64,000 nucleotides of DNA from Candidatus Pacearchaeota archaeon. Its GTDB lineage: Archaea; Nanobdellota; Nanobdellia; Pacearchaeales; GW2011-AR1. Both the position numbers and the translations under genes were made by a program. The stretch lies in the NCBI GenBank assembly GCA_041649755.1, contig JBAZMK010000004.1:19766-83765 (forward strand), in the 5' to 3' direction. Below the pieces are notes generated by a model. The model made no database searches and was not told the DNA's origin. It saw nothing but the letters and a program-made list of their open reading frames with translations. Below, piece after piece: positions 35,316 through 43,945 of the stretch; the stretch's first letter is position 1, and each line of letters begins with the position of its first letter.

Positions 35316-36224
35316 ATGGTAGAAAAAATAAAACTCACGTTTTTAGGAACGGGGTCAGCGATACCGACAGCCAGACGTAATCACCCCTCGTTTTATTTGC
35401 AGTATAAGAATGAGAATATTCTGGTTGATTGTGGGGAAGGGACGCAGAGGCAGTTTAGAAAGGCAGGACTGAACCCTTGCAAGATTACTCGGATTTTAAT
35501 TACGCACTGGCACGGAGACCATGTGTTAGGTTTGCCAGGGCTTTTTAAGACGCTTATGTTAAATGAATATAATAAAGAATTAGAAATTTATGGTCCAAAA
35601 GGCACTAAAAGAAGAGTTGAGATGTATCTGGATTTATTTGCACACAAAGGTGCAAAAATCTTTTTAAATGTTCATGAGGTTGAAGAAGGAATATTTTTTG
35701 AAAACGAGGAGTTTTATCTTGAATCCTATCCTATGAAACATGATGTTCTTTGTGTAGCCTACTCTTTTGTTCTAAAGGAAAGGAAAAGGGTTGATAAAAG
35801 CAAGTTAAAGAATTTAAAAATAGGAAATTCCCCTTTAATTGGAGAGCTTGCAAGGGGAAAAGTTGTTGAGATTAAGGGGAAAAAGGTTGATGGAAGAAAA
35901 TTAATTTACGTAGAACCTCAAAAGAAAATTAGTTTTGTAATGGATACTCAAATGAATGATAATGCAATAAAAATTTCTAAGGGGGCGGACTTGCTTATTT
36001 GCGAGTCTACTTACTCTAAAGAAGATAAAGAGGTTGCTAAAGAGAGGGCTCATTTAATGAGTATTGATGCGGGAAAAATTGCAAAGAAGGCTAGAGTTAA
36101 AAAATTAGTTCTTACACATTTGAGTCAGAGGTATGATGAGATTCCTAAGATTATTCTAAACGAAGCTAAAGAAGTTTTTGAAAATGTCAGTGTTGCTGAA
36201 GATTTAGATAAAGAAGAGTTTTAG
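35316..36224 (+). CDS. rnz: Ribonuclease Z (tRNA 3' endonuclease)
   Basis: FLGTGSA.PT..RN......Y......L.DCGEGTQ; metallo-beta-lactamase motif ITHWHGDHVLGLPGL; C-terminal THLS.RY. Confidence 0.9.
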   Translation: MVEKIKLTFLGTGSAIPTARRNHPSFYLQYKNENILVDCGEGTQRQFRKAGLNPCKITRILITHWHGDHVLGLPGLFKTLMLNEYNKELEIYGPKGTKRRVEMYLDLFAHKGAKIFLNVHEVEEGIFFENEEFYLESYPMKHDVLCVAYSFVLKERKRVDKSKLKNLKIGNSPLIGELARGKVVEIKGKKVDGRKLIYVEPQKKISFVMDTQMNDNAIKISKGADLLICESTYSKEDKEVAKERAHLMSIDAGKIAKKARVKKLVLTHLSQRYDEIPKIILNEAKEVFENVSVAEDLDKEEF

Positions 36225-36258
36225 AAAGACTTATCTAAGAGAAATTACTTATCTATTT

Positions 36259-36612
36259 ATGAATTTTCTAATTGCAAAATCCAGAGAGGACATTGAGGGA
36301 GACATTATTGTAGAGTCAGTCAAATCTGATTTTAAGAATGTAAAATCTTATCTAAAAAGCATCGGATGGGAAGGTTCTTTTAAAGACTATGTTGATATTT
36401 GCTACTTAAATCAAAAAATTCCTGCTACAAAGTATCTTTTTTTAACAATTCTTTCAACTTTAGGTCTCATTGGACTCCTTATTTTTGGTACTAATGTTAC
36501 AGGATATTCTATCACCGATGAATCTCAAATAAATAATTCCATTGTTGGGGCCCTTCTTTTTATGACAGGAATTATAGGAATAATAATTCTTCTAATAAGG
36601 AAAAAGAGTTAA
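36259..36612 (+). CDS. Membrane protein (two C-terminal TM helices)
   Basis: 117-aa ORF with a soluble N-domain, then two hydrophobic helices. Confidence 0.4.
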   Translation: MNFLIAKSREDIEGDIIVESVKSDFKNVKSYLKSIGWEGSFKDYVDICYLNQKIPATKYLFLTILSTLGLIGLLIFGTNVTGYSITDESQINNSIVGALLFMTGIIGIIILLIRKKS

Positions 36613-36750
36613 AATTACTGCTGTTCTGCTTTAATCATATCCTTTAACCTGCCCTTTTATTCTTTTAAATAATCTAAATTAATGGACTCTTCGCTACGTT
36701 AAGCATCTTAGAATTAGTGCGGAGTGAAATTAATCCGACAAACACTATTC

Positions 36751-36996
36751 TTACGCTTTAGCTGCAGATGACGGCGATATGAAGATAATTGTATCTCCTC
36801 TCAAGAAAGTTAACCCGTAACTTCTTGTCTGTTCCCCGTTTTCAACTTCCTTGGCGTTTTCTATAACCACATTGATGTGGATGTCAAAAGCCAGCAAAGT
36901 TCCAACGAGTTGCTTGCCGTTTTTCAACTGCACTAAAATCTCTTTACCTTTCGCTGAATTCAGCAAATCTAAAGGTCGTTCAATTCCGTTTACCAT
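36751..36996 (-). CDS. Sm-like (LSm / SmAP) RNA-binding protein
   Basis: Sm1/Sm2 motifs: PLDLLN...GKEILVQLKNGKQLVGTLLAFDIHINVVIENA......LTFLRGDTIIFISP. Confidence 0.85.
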   Translation of the reverse strand: MVNGIERPLDLLNSAKGKEILVQLKNGKQLVGTLLAFDIHINVVIENAKEVENGEQTRSYGLTFLRGDTIIFISPSSAAKA

Positions 36997-37091
36997 ACAT
37001 ATATTCGCTAACCCGACTTTTTAAAGCTTTGTTTATCCCTATAAAAAACAAGTCCAGTAAACTTTTTATACACCTTTAAATATGGTAATCT

Positions 37092-37907
37092 ATGAAAGGG
37101 GTTGATTTAAACTTGTTTTTGGCAGATATTCGTGTAAGGCTTGTTTTAGGTTTAGTGGTCTTAGCGATATTAATAGCGATAGTCTTAACTTATCTTGAGT
37201 TTAAAATAAGAAAAAGAAAAGAGGTAGTTGCTGTTCGGTCTGCAGAGGATAAGTATATAATAGAATTTCTTAAGACAATTGACTCTTTAAAAAGCACAGA
37301 AGAAAAATTAAGCTTCCTTGATAAAAACGTAAAAAGGTTTCTTAGCGAAAATTTTGGGACGGGCGTCCATTCCGATTATTCTCTTTTAGCAAGGCAGTTA
37401 AAGAAACAAAAAGAAATTTCTTCATTTTGTATAGAAATGTTTGATGCCCATTATTCCTCTGAAATAACCTTTGGTAAAGTGAACGACCTTTCAAGAACCT
37501 TTATAGAAATCTTTAAGAATATACAAGCTAAAAAAATTCGGCCACAAAAAAAATCTCTTATAGATAAATTAGAGCCATTATTCTTTGAGTCAGAAAAAGA
37601 GAAAATAAATAAGAGGGAACTTTTAGATAAAATCCTTTTATTTAAGGGGTTTTTAATAGAAAAACTTGCAAAAATAATGAGAGTGTTTACTTTTAAAAGG
37701 AAAAAAAGTTTAAATGTAGATTGGTCTGAAAATTTTAAAGATATAAATAAAGAGATTCTATTGAAAAGCGCGGCTTTTAGCGGAATAAATAATATGGAAT
37801 TAGAGAAAGCTTTAATCTCTAAACAGAAAGAAATAGCTCAGAAAAAATTAAAAGAGAGTATCCCTCAAAAAATTAAAAAGAGAAAGGGAAGTAAGAAAAG
37901 AAAATGA
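37092..37907 (+). CDS. N-terminally anchored Lys-rich hypothetical protein
   Basis: One TM (LVLGLVVLAILIAIVLTYL), then a helical charged region; overlaps the next gene by 4 nt (ATGA). Confidence 0.45.
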   Translation: MKGVDLNLFLADIRVRLVLGLVVLAILIAIVLTYLEFKIRKRKEVVAVRSAEDKYIIEFLKTIDSLKSTEEKLSFLDKNVKRFLSENFGTGVHSDYSLLARQLKKQKEISSFCIEMFDAHYSSEITFGKVNDLSRTFIEIFKNIQAKKIRPQKKSLIDKLEPLFFESEKEKINKRELLDKILLFKGFLIEKLAKIMRVFTFKRKKSLNVDWSENFKDINKEILLKSAAFSGINNMELEKALISKQKEIAQKKLKESIPQKIKKRKGSKKRK

Positions 37908-39157
37908 AAAGATGGGTTAAATTTTTGGATTTGTTTATTCTAATTTTTATTTCTATAGGTCTAATCTTTTATGTGTTAAGTACTTATAAGGGTGTAGAAC
38001 GTGAAGAAGAGTGTTTTGACCTAAATTTAATCTCAAGTTTTTCTTATGAGGCCTGTTATGATTCCTATACTAAAACTATATTTTTGGGCATAAAAAGATT
38101 TCAGGATTCTTATAACATAGTAGATGTAAGAGTTTCTTTCTTTGATCTGTCTGAAAAAAATTATTCCCTGAAGAAAGTTCCTGAAATAAATAAAGAGGAG
38201 GTTTATAAAATTCCTGCAGAAAAAAATCCTCGAAATTTAGATATCTATTTAGAGCCTTCGCACAAGGACTTCTACGAAAAAATGTGTGAGACGCCAAAGA
38301 AGGTTTTTGTAAGTTACTGCCCTGAGTCTTTTTCTTCCGAGGGTCTTGAAGTTTCTGTTGGACCTTTAAAGAACTTTGGAAAAAGGGACTATATTGAGGT
38401 AGAAAGTTTTGTTAAGGAAACTCCTGATTTGTTATCTTTGAGTCTAGTAGACAGAGAAAAAATATGGGCGACTCAGTGCGACTCTGGCTGGGAATGCTCG
38501 GCTTGGGGGCCTTGTGAAGATGGTGTTCAGAAAAGAACATGTTTTGATAAAAATAAATGTTTTATTCCCACAGATATGCCTGAAACAACCAGATTTTGCG
38601 GTGATACTTGTGTAGAATCCTGGCAATGTACATGGTCTGCGTGTGTATCTGAGTTTACAACTCCCTCTTGCATAGACCTTAACAACTGCGGAACAACCTA
38701 TGACTTACCTCAAAGAATAAGATGTAGTGGTTCTGAATGCACCCCAAATGTAGAATGTTCTGCCTGGACTACTTGTGAGATAAATTACAGCTTCTCCGAC
38801 CTTGTAAACCAGAACTTTGATGAGATGTCAGGAGTTAAAAGGAGAATATGTGCAGACAAAAACCGTTGTGTTCAAAGTGTAGAGGAAGTTGTCTCCTGCA
38901 CTTCAGGTATAGATATTTATACCCAAGTTGTAGAAAAATGTGGGACAGAATTTGTTCTGGTTTATAATAGATTAGATGATCGTCTGATAGCAAGATTAGA
39001 AAGGGGCAGTTCCGAGAATCCTTATATAAATTTTGTGTTTGATGAGGGAATAGAAGAAATATATTGTGATTATTGCTATGACGGGGTTCTTAATGGAGAT
39101 GAAGAAGAGATAGACTGTGGCGGAGGTTGTATGCCTTGTAGCCAAAAATACAGATAG
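37904..39157 (+). CDS. Secreted cysteine-rich repeat protein (W.C..W..C...G.Q.R.C.D.N.C modules)
   Basis: N-terminal TM/signal. Three Cys-knot-like modules (WECSAWGPCEDGVQKRTCFDKNKC; WQCTWSACV...CIDLNNC; VECSAWTTCE...KRRICADKNRC) and a C-terminal CYDGVLNGDEEEIDCGGGCMPC motif. Confidence 0.6.
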   Translation: MKRWVKFLDLFILIFISIGLIFYVLSTYKGVEREEECFDLNLISSFSYEACYDSYTKTIFLGIKRFQDSYNIVDVRVSFFDLSEKNYSLKKVPEINKEEVYKIPAEKNPRNLDIYLEPSHKDFYEKMCETPKKVFVSYCPESFSSEGLEVSVGPLKNFGKRDYIEVESFVKETPDLLSLSLVDREKIWATQCDSGWECSAWGPCEDGVQKRTCFDKNKCFIPTDMPETTRFCGDTCVESWQCTWSACVSEFTTPSCIDLNNCGTTYDLPQRIRCSGSECTPNVECSAWTTCEINYSFSDLVNQNFDEMSGVKRRICADKNRCVQSVEEVVSCTSGIDIYTQVVEKCGTEFVLVYNRLDDRLIARLERGSSENPYINFVFDEGIEEIYCDYCYDGVLNGDEEEIDCGGGCMPCSQKYR

Positions 39158-39204
39158 TTAATGAACCATAAGTTTTAAAATCTGTCTTTTGTCTCCAATA
39201 TTAT

Positions 39205-39276
39205 GGCTCTGTAGCTCAGCGGTAGAGCGCCGCTCTCATGAGGCGGAGGCCGCGAGGTCAGCACTCGCCAGAGCCA
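39205..39276 (+). tRNA. tRNA with CAT anticodon (elongator Met or Ile2) and non-canonical T-loop
   Basis: Acceptor GGCTCTG/CAGAGCC, D-arm GCTC-AGCGGTA-GAGC, anticodon arm CCGCT-CTCATGA-GGCGG, T-arm GCGAG-GTCAGCA-CTCGC (G54 and G58 instead of U54 and A58), discriminator A. Confidence 0.7.
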
Positions 39277-39365
39277 TCACTGACCTCCGGACTAAGTTTG
39301 AAGCCAGAGATTATCTTAAATAGTACAAATATTTAAAAAGAGCTTTTCACAGGAGAATTAAGAAA

Positions 39366-39557
39366 ATGAAAAAATGCATTTATTGCTCAGAAAAAGTGGA
39401 TGATGATTCTGTTGTAGATATGTGTCCGAGATGTATGCATCAGGTTTGGGGTGAAAAAATGGCAAAAGCTATAATCGAGGGAATGGAAAAGGAGCGTGAT
39501 AAGGGCAACTTAGAATTAGGAAGGGTGGGAGATTCTTTCTCAAAAGATAAAATTTAA
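39366..39557 (+). CDS. Small zinc-ribbon protein
   Basis: CIYCSEKV...CPRC four-Cys motif at the N-terminus; 63 aa. Confidence 0.45.
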   Translation: MKKCIYCSEKVDDDSVVDMCPRCMHQVWGEKMAKAIIEGMEKERDKGNLELGRVGDSFSKDKI

Positions 39558-39600
39558 TCTTAATCATCAAATTTTTAAAGACTTCTTTGTTATAATTCTT

Positions 39601-40065
39601 ATGAATGATATTTTGGGGGAGATAAAAAAGAGAGGAAAAATAAAGAAGACGACGCTTAGAGATATGAAGAATTTTTTTAAAGATAGAGTGGAAGTAAAAA
39701 AAATCCTAGATAAAAAAAATCCTTTAATTTATTATGTTAATTTTTTATCTGAAGATGAGATAAGCTACGCGGTGACTTATATAAAATCTGGGAAAATTGG
39801 AAAAGAAAGGTTTATGACCAAAGGGCATTATCACAAAAAGGATTTACCAGAAGTTTATTATTTATTAGAGGGAAAAGGAAAAATTCTTCTGAAAAAAGGA
39901 AAATCAAGAAAGGAGATTATTATGAGAAAAAATGTTTTTCATTATATTCCTAAGGGGTATGCACATAGGACAGTTAATATTGGAGAAAAGGAGTTCTCTT
40001 TTTTATCAATTTACCAAACAGATTCTGGTCATGACTATAAAACAATAGAAGAAAAGGGATTTTAA
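39601..40065 (+). CDS. pgiA: Cupin-type glucose-6-phosphate isomerase (archaeal cPGI)
   Basis: TKGHYHKKDLPEVYYLLEGKG.ILL...IPKGYAHRTVNIG matches the cupin PGI metal-binding signature (T.GH.H......E.Y ... P..AHRT.N.G) known from Thermococcales. Confidence 0.8.
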   Translation: MNDILGEIKKRGKIKKTTLRDMKNFFKDRVEVKKILDKKNPLIYYVNFLSEDEISYAVTYIKSGKIGKERFMTKGHYHKKDLPEVYYLLEGKGKILLKKGKSRKEIIMRKNVFHYIPKGYAHRTVNIGEKEFSFLSIYQTDSGHDYKTIEEKGF

Positions 40066-40072
40066 AGATTTG

Positions 40073-41818
40073 ATGAAAACAATAAACTCTATTGAAAAAT
40101 ATAATCAATCGGCTGAGAAAGAAACAGAAGATATAAGCTTTCTGATGACTAATAAAAATGCCGGTTTTATATGGTTTTCTCCAAAAGGGGTTTCGTCCAG
40201 ATATCAGGGTGTTTTTTTTAATGAAAATGAAAAGATGTTTAGGGTTATAGAATCTATTGGTGTTCCAAGAGAAGTTAAGGAAATAAAAAACTTTTTTTAT
40301 AAAGCTGAAATAATTTCCGAAGACAAAACAGGGTCTTTTTTTATTCCAGATTATCTTAATGGTCTGGCTTACGAGAGTTCTTCGGAATGTGAGATAATTC
40401 TTGATTTTAAGGAAGCTTATGAAAATGATTATTCTACTTATGATATAGAAAGGGAAGACGGGCATATTTTAGTTAGAATGGGTTATAAAAATGCTGATTA
40501 TTTTTTGTCCATTCGTTTTAAAGGAGAGTTTATAGAGTCAAAGGACTGGATAGAGAAAAATTATGAATATGACCTGCAGAGGAATTCTTTTCCGAGCAAG
40601 AGAAGTGTTTTTGTTTTAGGAAAAATATATTCAGAAAAAATAGCTTTTTATTTTTCTAAGAAAAAAGAAAATGCGATTAAGGGGTCTCAGGATTTGTATG
40701 ATAATCTAGAAGAATACAAAGAAAAAAAGAAAAAAAGAATCGAAAGAAAAGTAAAAAAAATTTCTGATAGAGAAGTTAGCGTCGCTTATAACTCTTGCAG
40801 ATTTCTTTTAGATAATCTTTTTGATAATAAGGGGTTGTTTGCAGGACTTCCTTGGTTTTTTCAATATTGGGCGAGAGACGAGCTTATTTCCCTAGGAGGA
40901 TTTTATGAGATTAGCAAAAAAGATGCAAAGAAAATTATAGAAAAATGGATTAAATATTTAAAAAAAGAGCTAATAGATTTTCCAGCAAAAATTTCAATTG
41001 ATAGTTCTAAAGAAGGAAACTCTATCGATTCTTTTGGCTGGTTACTTAAACGAGCCACCCTTTTTCCAGAATTATTACAAAAAAATAAAATTTTTTTAGA
41101 AGAAATTTTCTCAAGTCTTGATGCACAAATGATATACGAAGGGAATAACACATGGATGGATTCAATAAAGAGGGAAGGGGCAATAGAAATTCAGGCGATG
41201 AAACTCTTTACGTTAAATTTGGCTTCTAAACTTACAAATAAAAAAAGAGAACTTAAGGTGAAGGAAAGACTTTTAAGAGAAAAAGTTAAAAAAGAATATT
41301 TCGATGGGAATTTTCTTTACGATTCGCTTGATAAAAAGGTAAGACCCAACATATTCATAGCTTATTATTTTTATCCAAGTCTTCTCTCAAAAAAGGAGTG
41401 GGAAACTTGTTTTGATAATGCTTTAGAAGAATTATGGTGTGAATGGGGTGGTCTTTCGACAATTAGTAAAAAAGATTATTTCTTTCAGGAAACCTATACT
41501 GGAGAAATTCCTCGGAGCTACCATAATGGGGACAGCTGGTTCTGGATTAATAATCTTGCAGGTTTAGTTCTTGCAGATTTAAATAAAAGAAAATATTGTG
41601 ATTATATAAAGAAAATTCTAAGGGCGTCAACTGAAGAGATTCTTTTTTCTGGGGCTGCTGGGTGTCATGCAGAGTTAAGCTCGGCCAAATCATTAAAGTC
41701 TCAAGGGGCTGTCTGTCAATCTTTTTCTGCGGGAATGTATATAGAACTGGTTGATAAATTGTGTAAGAAAGGTTTTTTTACTTCTCCCAAGTCTGCAATC
41801 CATCAAAGTCAAACCTAA
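40073..41818 (+). CDS. Glycogen debranching enzyme / amylo-alpha-1,6-glucosidase family
   Basis: GLFAGLPWFFQYWARDELISL and a C-terminal (alpha/alpha)6-barrel-like region with YHNGDSWFW, typical of archaeal GDE-type proteins. Confidence 0.8.
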   Translation: MKTINSIEKYNQSAEKETEDISFLMTNKNAGFIWFSPKGVSSRYQGVFFNENEKMFRVIESIGVPREVKEIKNFFYKAEIISEDKTGSFFIPDYLNGLAYESSSECEIILDFKEAYENDYSTYDIEREDGHILVRMGYKNADYFLSIRFKGEFIESKDWIEKNYEYDLQRNSFPSKRSVFVLGKIYSEKIAFYFSKKKENAIKGSQDLYDNLEEYKEKKKKRIERKVKKISDREVSVAYNSCRFLLDNLFDNKGLFAGLPWFFQYWARDELISLGGFYEISKKDAKKIIEKWIKYLKKELIDFPAKISIDSSKEGNSIDSFGWLLKRATLFPELLQKNKIFLEEIFSSLDAQMIYEGNNTWMDSIKREGAIEIQAMKLFTLNLASKLTNKKRELKVKERLLREKVKKEYFDGNFLYDSLDKKVRPNIFIAYYFYPSLLSKKEWETCFDNALEELWCEWGGLSTISKKDYFFQETYTGEIPRSYHNGDSWFWINNLAGLVLADLNKRKYCDYIKKILRASTEEILFSGAAGCHAELSSAKSLKSQGAVCQSFSAGMYIELVDKLCKKGFFTSPKSAIHQSQT

Positions 41819-42773
41819 AATCTAAAATCTTTCCTCTGTTTTTTTCAAGTGCATTAACGAGCTTGCTTCTCTTGTTTTCTCCGGCATAAAAAAGTAGTGT
41901 TCCCGCCCCCGAGCCCAAAATCTTTCCAGCAATAGCCCCATTATCTTTTCCTAATTTAAGAAATTTTTTGCAGTTAGGAGTTACAATATATTTATTTAGT
42001 TTTTCTCTGTTAGAATTTTCTTGATTGAGAAGCTCGGCGAAATCGCTAAGATTGCCTTTCTTTAGAGATTTATACATGTCAAATGTTATTTGCTTTATAT
42101 TTTTTATAGAAGATATAACTCTTTCGTTTCCTTCCATGTATCCCTTTACCGTTTCGTGATTTACATTTCCTGCGACTTTTTCAGAGTTAAGAACACACAA
42201 AACAAAATTTTTTTCAAGCTCATAAATAATATCTTTTTTTAGTTTTAGCTGTTCAACTCTGACTTTTCTTCCTTTGTATCTAAGCATTAGAATGCCTCCT
42301 AATGCTGCGGCATATTGGTCTTGCGGACCGTTATCCATATGGAGCTCTTCCTTTTCAACAATTGTCGCCATATTGACAATTTTGATTTTGTCAATTTTTT
42401 TTCTCTGAGCCCTCAATATAGCCCCTAAAACGGAAACAGAAATTGAAGAAGAAGTCCCAAGTCTCGAATGAGGAGCTACTTCGTGATAAGCTGTTAAAGT
42501 TCCTTTCTCTTTAAAATCCGTTATTTTAAATAATGCCTTAAGTAAATCTAATTCTCCATTATATTCAATTGGAAAGTTAACTTTCATTTTCTTATTGTAG
42601 TTAACAGAATCAATTTCAAGAAACCTGTTATTAGGTTTTAAAGTTGAATAACCATATTTTGCTACTGCACAATTTAGTGTTGCTCCTTTTTCTTTTTCAA
42701 TGAAAAAATCTAAGTCTAATGTTCCACCAGCAAAATCAATTCTTGAAGGTGCTCTTGCAAAAACCTCTTTCAT
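41778..42773 (-). CDS. GHMP-family sugar kinase
   Basis: RAPSRIDFAGGTLDL N-terminus and GHMP motif SRLGTSSSISVSVLGAI; C-terminal GSGAGT. Confidence 0.8.
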   Translation of the reverse strand: MKEVFARAPSRIDFAGGTLDLDFFIEKEKGATLNCAVAKYGYSTLKPNNRFLEIDSVNYNKKMKVNFPIEYNGELDLLKALFKITDFKEKGTLTAYHEVAPHSRLGTSSSISVSVLGAILRAQRKKIDKIKIVNMATIVEKEELHMDNGPQDQYAAALGGILMLRYKGRKVRVEQLKLKKDIIYELEKNFVLCVLNSEKVAGNVNHETVKGYMEGNERVISSIKNIKQITFDMYKSLKKGNLSDFAELLNQENSNREKLNKYIVTPNCKKFLKLGKDNGAIAGKILGSGAGTLLFYAGENKRSKLVNALEKNRGKILDFRFDFDGLQTWEK

Positions 42774-42873
42774 TTTGTCCTCTTTTGTTTTTATGCAAAG
42801 TCACTATTTAAAATATACTGTTATCTATAAAATCTTTAGCAAACTTTATAAACCTAAAATAGAATTTATCTGT

Positions 42874-43020
42874 ATGAAATGTACAAGCTGTGAGAAGGAA
42901 TGCAGTGAAGGAGTAGATTTCCCCTGTCCAGTATGCGGGAATAGAATTTTTAGATGTGACAAGTGCAGAGGTCTATCTATAGAATATAAATGTGATTCTT
43001 GCGGTTATGTAGGTCCTTAA
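42874..43020 (+). CDS. Zn-ribbon protein preceding EF-1beta
   Basis: MKCTSCEKECSEGVDFPCPVCGNRIFRCDKCRGLSIEYKCDSCGYVGP: four CxxC pairs, 1-nt gap to the EF-1beta gene (a conserved archaeal pairing). The ORF-track N-terminal extension overlaps the kinase gene and is rejected. Confidence 0.6.
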   Translation: MKCTSCEKECSEGVDFPCPVCGNRIFRCDKCRGLSIEYKCDSCGYVGP

Positions 43021-43021
43021 A

Positions 43022-43297
43022 ATGGTCGGAACATCTGCAGTTAAATATAAATTGATGCCGGAAAGTTTAAGTGTTGATCTTAAAAAATTGACAGAAGAGG
43101 CTAAAGTTAAGATAACTGAAAAAGGTGGTGTTTTTAATTCTGCGGTTGAAGAACCTATAGCTTTTGGATTAAAAGCCCTCGTAATATTTTTTGCTTATCC
43201 TGAGAATAAAGAAATTGATGAGGTGGGGAATGATCTTGAGAAGATTCCTGGCGTTTCTTCATGTGAGATGATTGATTATAGGCGGGCAATAGGGTGA
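43022..43297 (+). CDS. Translation elongation factor aEF-1beta
   Basis: 91 aa, ...K.MPES...DL..L.........V....EPIAFGLKAL........E....D..E..L..I.GV.S.E....RR. Confidence 0.9.
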   Translation: MVGTSAVKYKLMPESLSVDLKKLTEEAKVKITEKGGVFNSAVEEPIAFGLKALVIFFAYPENKEIDEVGNDLEKIPGVSSCEMIDYRRAIG

Positions 43298-43321
43298 TTT
43301 AGTTAAGTTTATAATTAATGA

Positions 43322-43945
43322 ATGTTATTTTTTAATATGGGTCTTACTCCAGAACAGGCAGAAGCAATAAAAGAACATTTATTGGTTCAACTTTCTAAAT
43401 TTCCTGAAGAGAAGAGAGAGATTATCAAAGAGAAAGTTGAGTCAATGACTCCTGAACAAGTGGAGAGTTTTGTTGAGCAAAATAATCTTGTTCATTTAGG
43501 GGCTAAGGGTAACTGTATTTTTTGTCTTATTGTCAATGGGGAGAGTCCGTCTTTTAAAATTGCGGAAGATAATGAGAACGTTGCTGTTCTTGAAATTAAT
43601 CCTCTCAGTAAAGGGCATACTCTTGTTATTCCGAAGAATCATTTAGGGGAGATTTCTTTTTCTACGAAAGAGTTTGGGAAAATAGTTGTAGATAGGTTAA
43701 AGAGTACTTTTTCTCCTCTAGAGATTAAAATTGGTGAGAAAGAAATTATGGGCCATGCAATTTTGGAGATAATTCCTATTTACGGCGACGAGACTCAGAG
43801 GAAGCCAGCTGATGTAACTGAACTTAAGAAGATTCAGCAGGAGATAAGAAATCCGCTCAAATTAGAGAATGTAGAAGTTAAACGTGAAGAAAAGGTTGAA
43901 GATAAAGAAGAAATTTACAGGGCTAAACCACGTATTCCTAATTAA
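43322..43945 (+). CDS. HIT-family (histidine triad) protein with N-terminal helical extension
   Basis: CIFCLIVNGESPSFKIAEDNENVAVLEINPLSKGHTLVIPKNH. The triad region is degenerate (GHAILEIIP). Confidence 0.7.
   Translation: MLFFNMGLTPEQAEAIKEHLLVQLSKFPEEKREIIKEKVESMTPEQVESFVEQNNLVHLGAKGNCIFCLIVNGESPSFKIAEDNENVAVLEINPLSKGHTLVIPKNHLGEISFSTKEFGKIVVDRLKSTFSPLEIKIGEKEIMGHAILEIIPIYGDETQRKPADVTELKKIQQEIRNPLKLENVEVKREEKVEDKEEIYRAKPRIPN

Noticed and set aside
39205-39290. Split, permuted or intron-containing tRNA (as known in nanoarchaea) because of the odd T-loop and trailer complementarity
   Set aside because: A complete uninterrupted cloverleaf with 7-bp acceptor and 5-bp T and anticodon stems is present. 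No bulge-helix-bulge motif was evident.
42700-42873. Long form (106 aa) of the Zn-ribbon ORF starting at 42700
   Set aside because: The first 58 codons overlap the 5' end of the GHMP kinase gene on the other strand and encode a non-conserved-looking sequence. The four CxxC pairs all lie after the internal Met at 42874.
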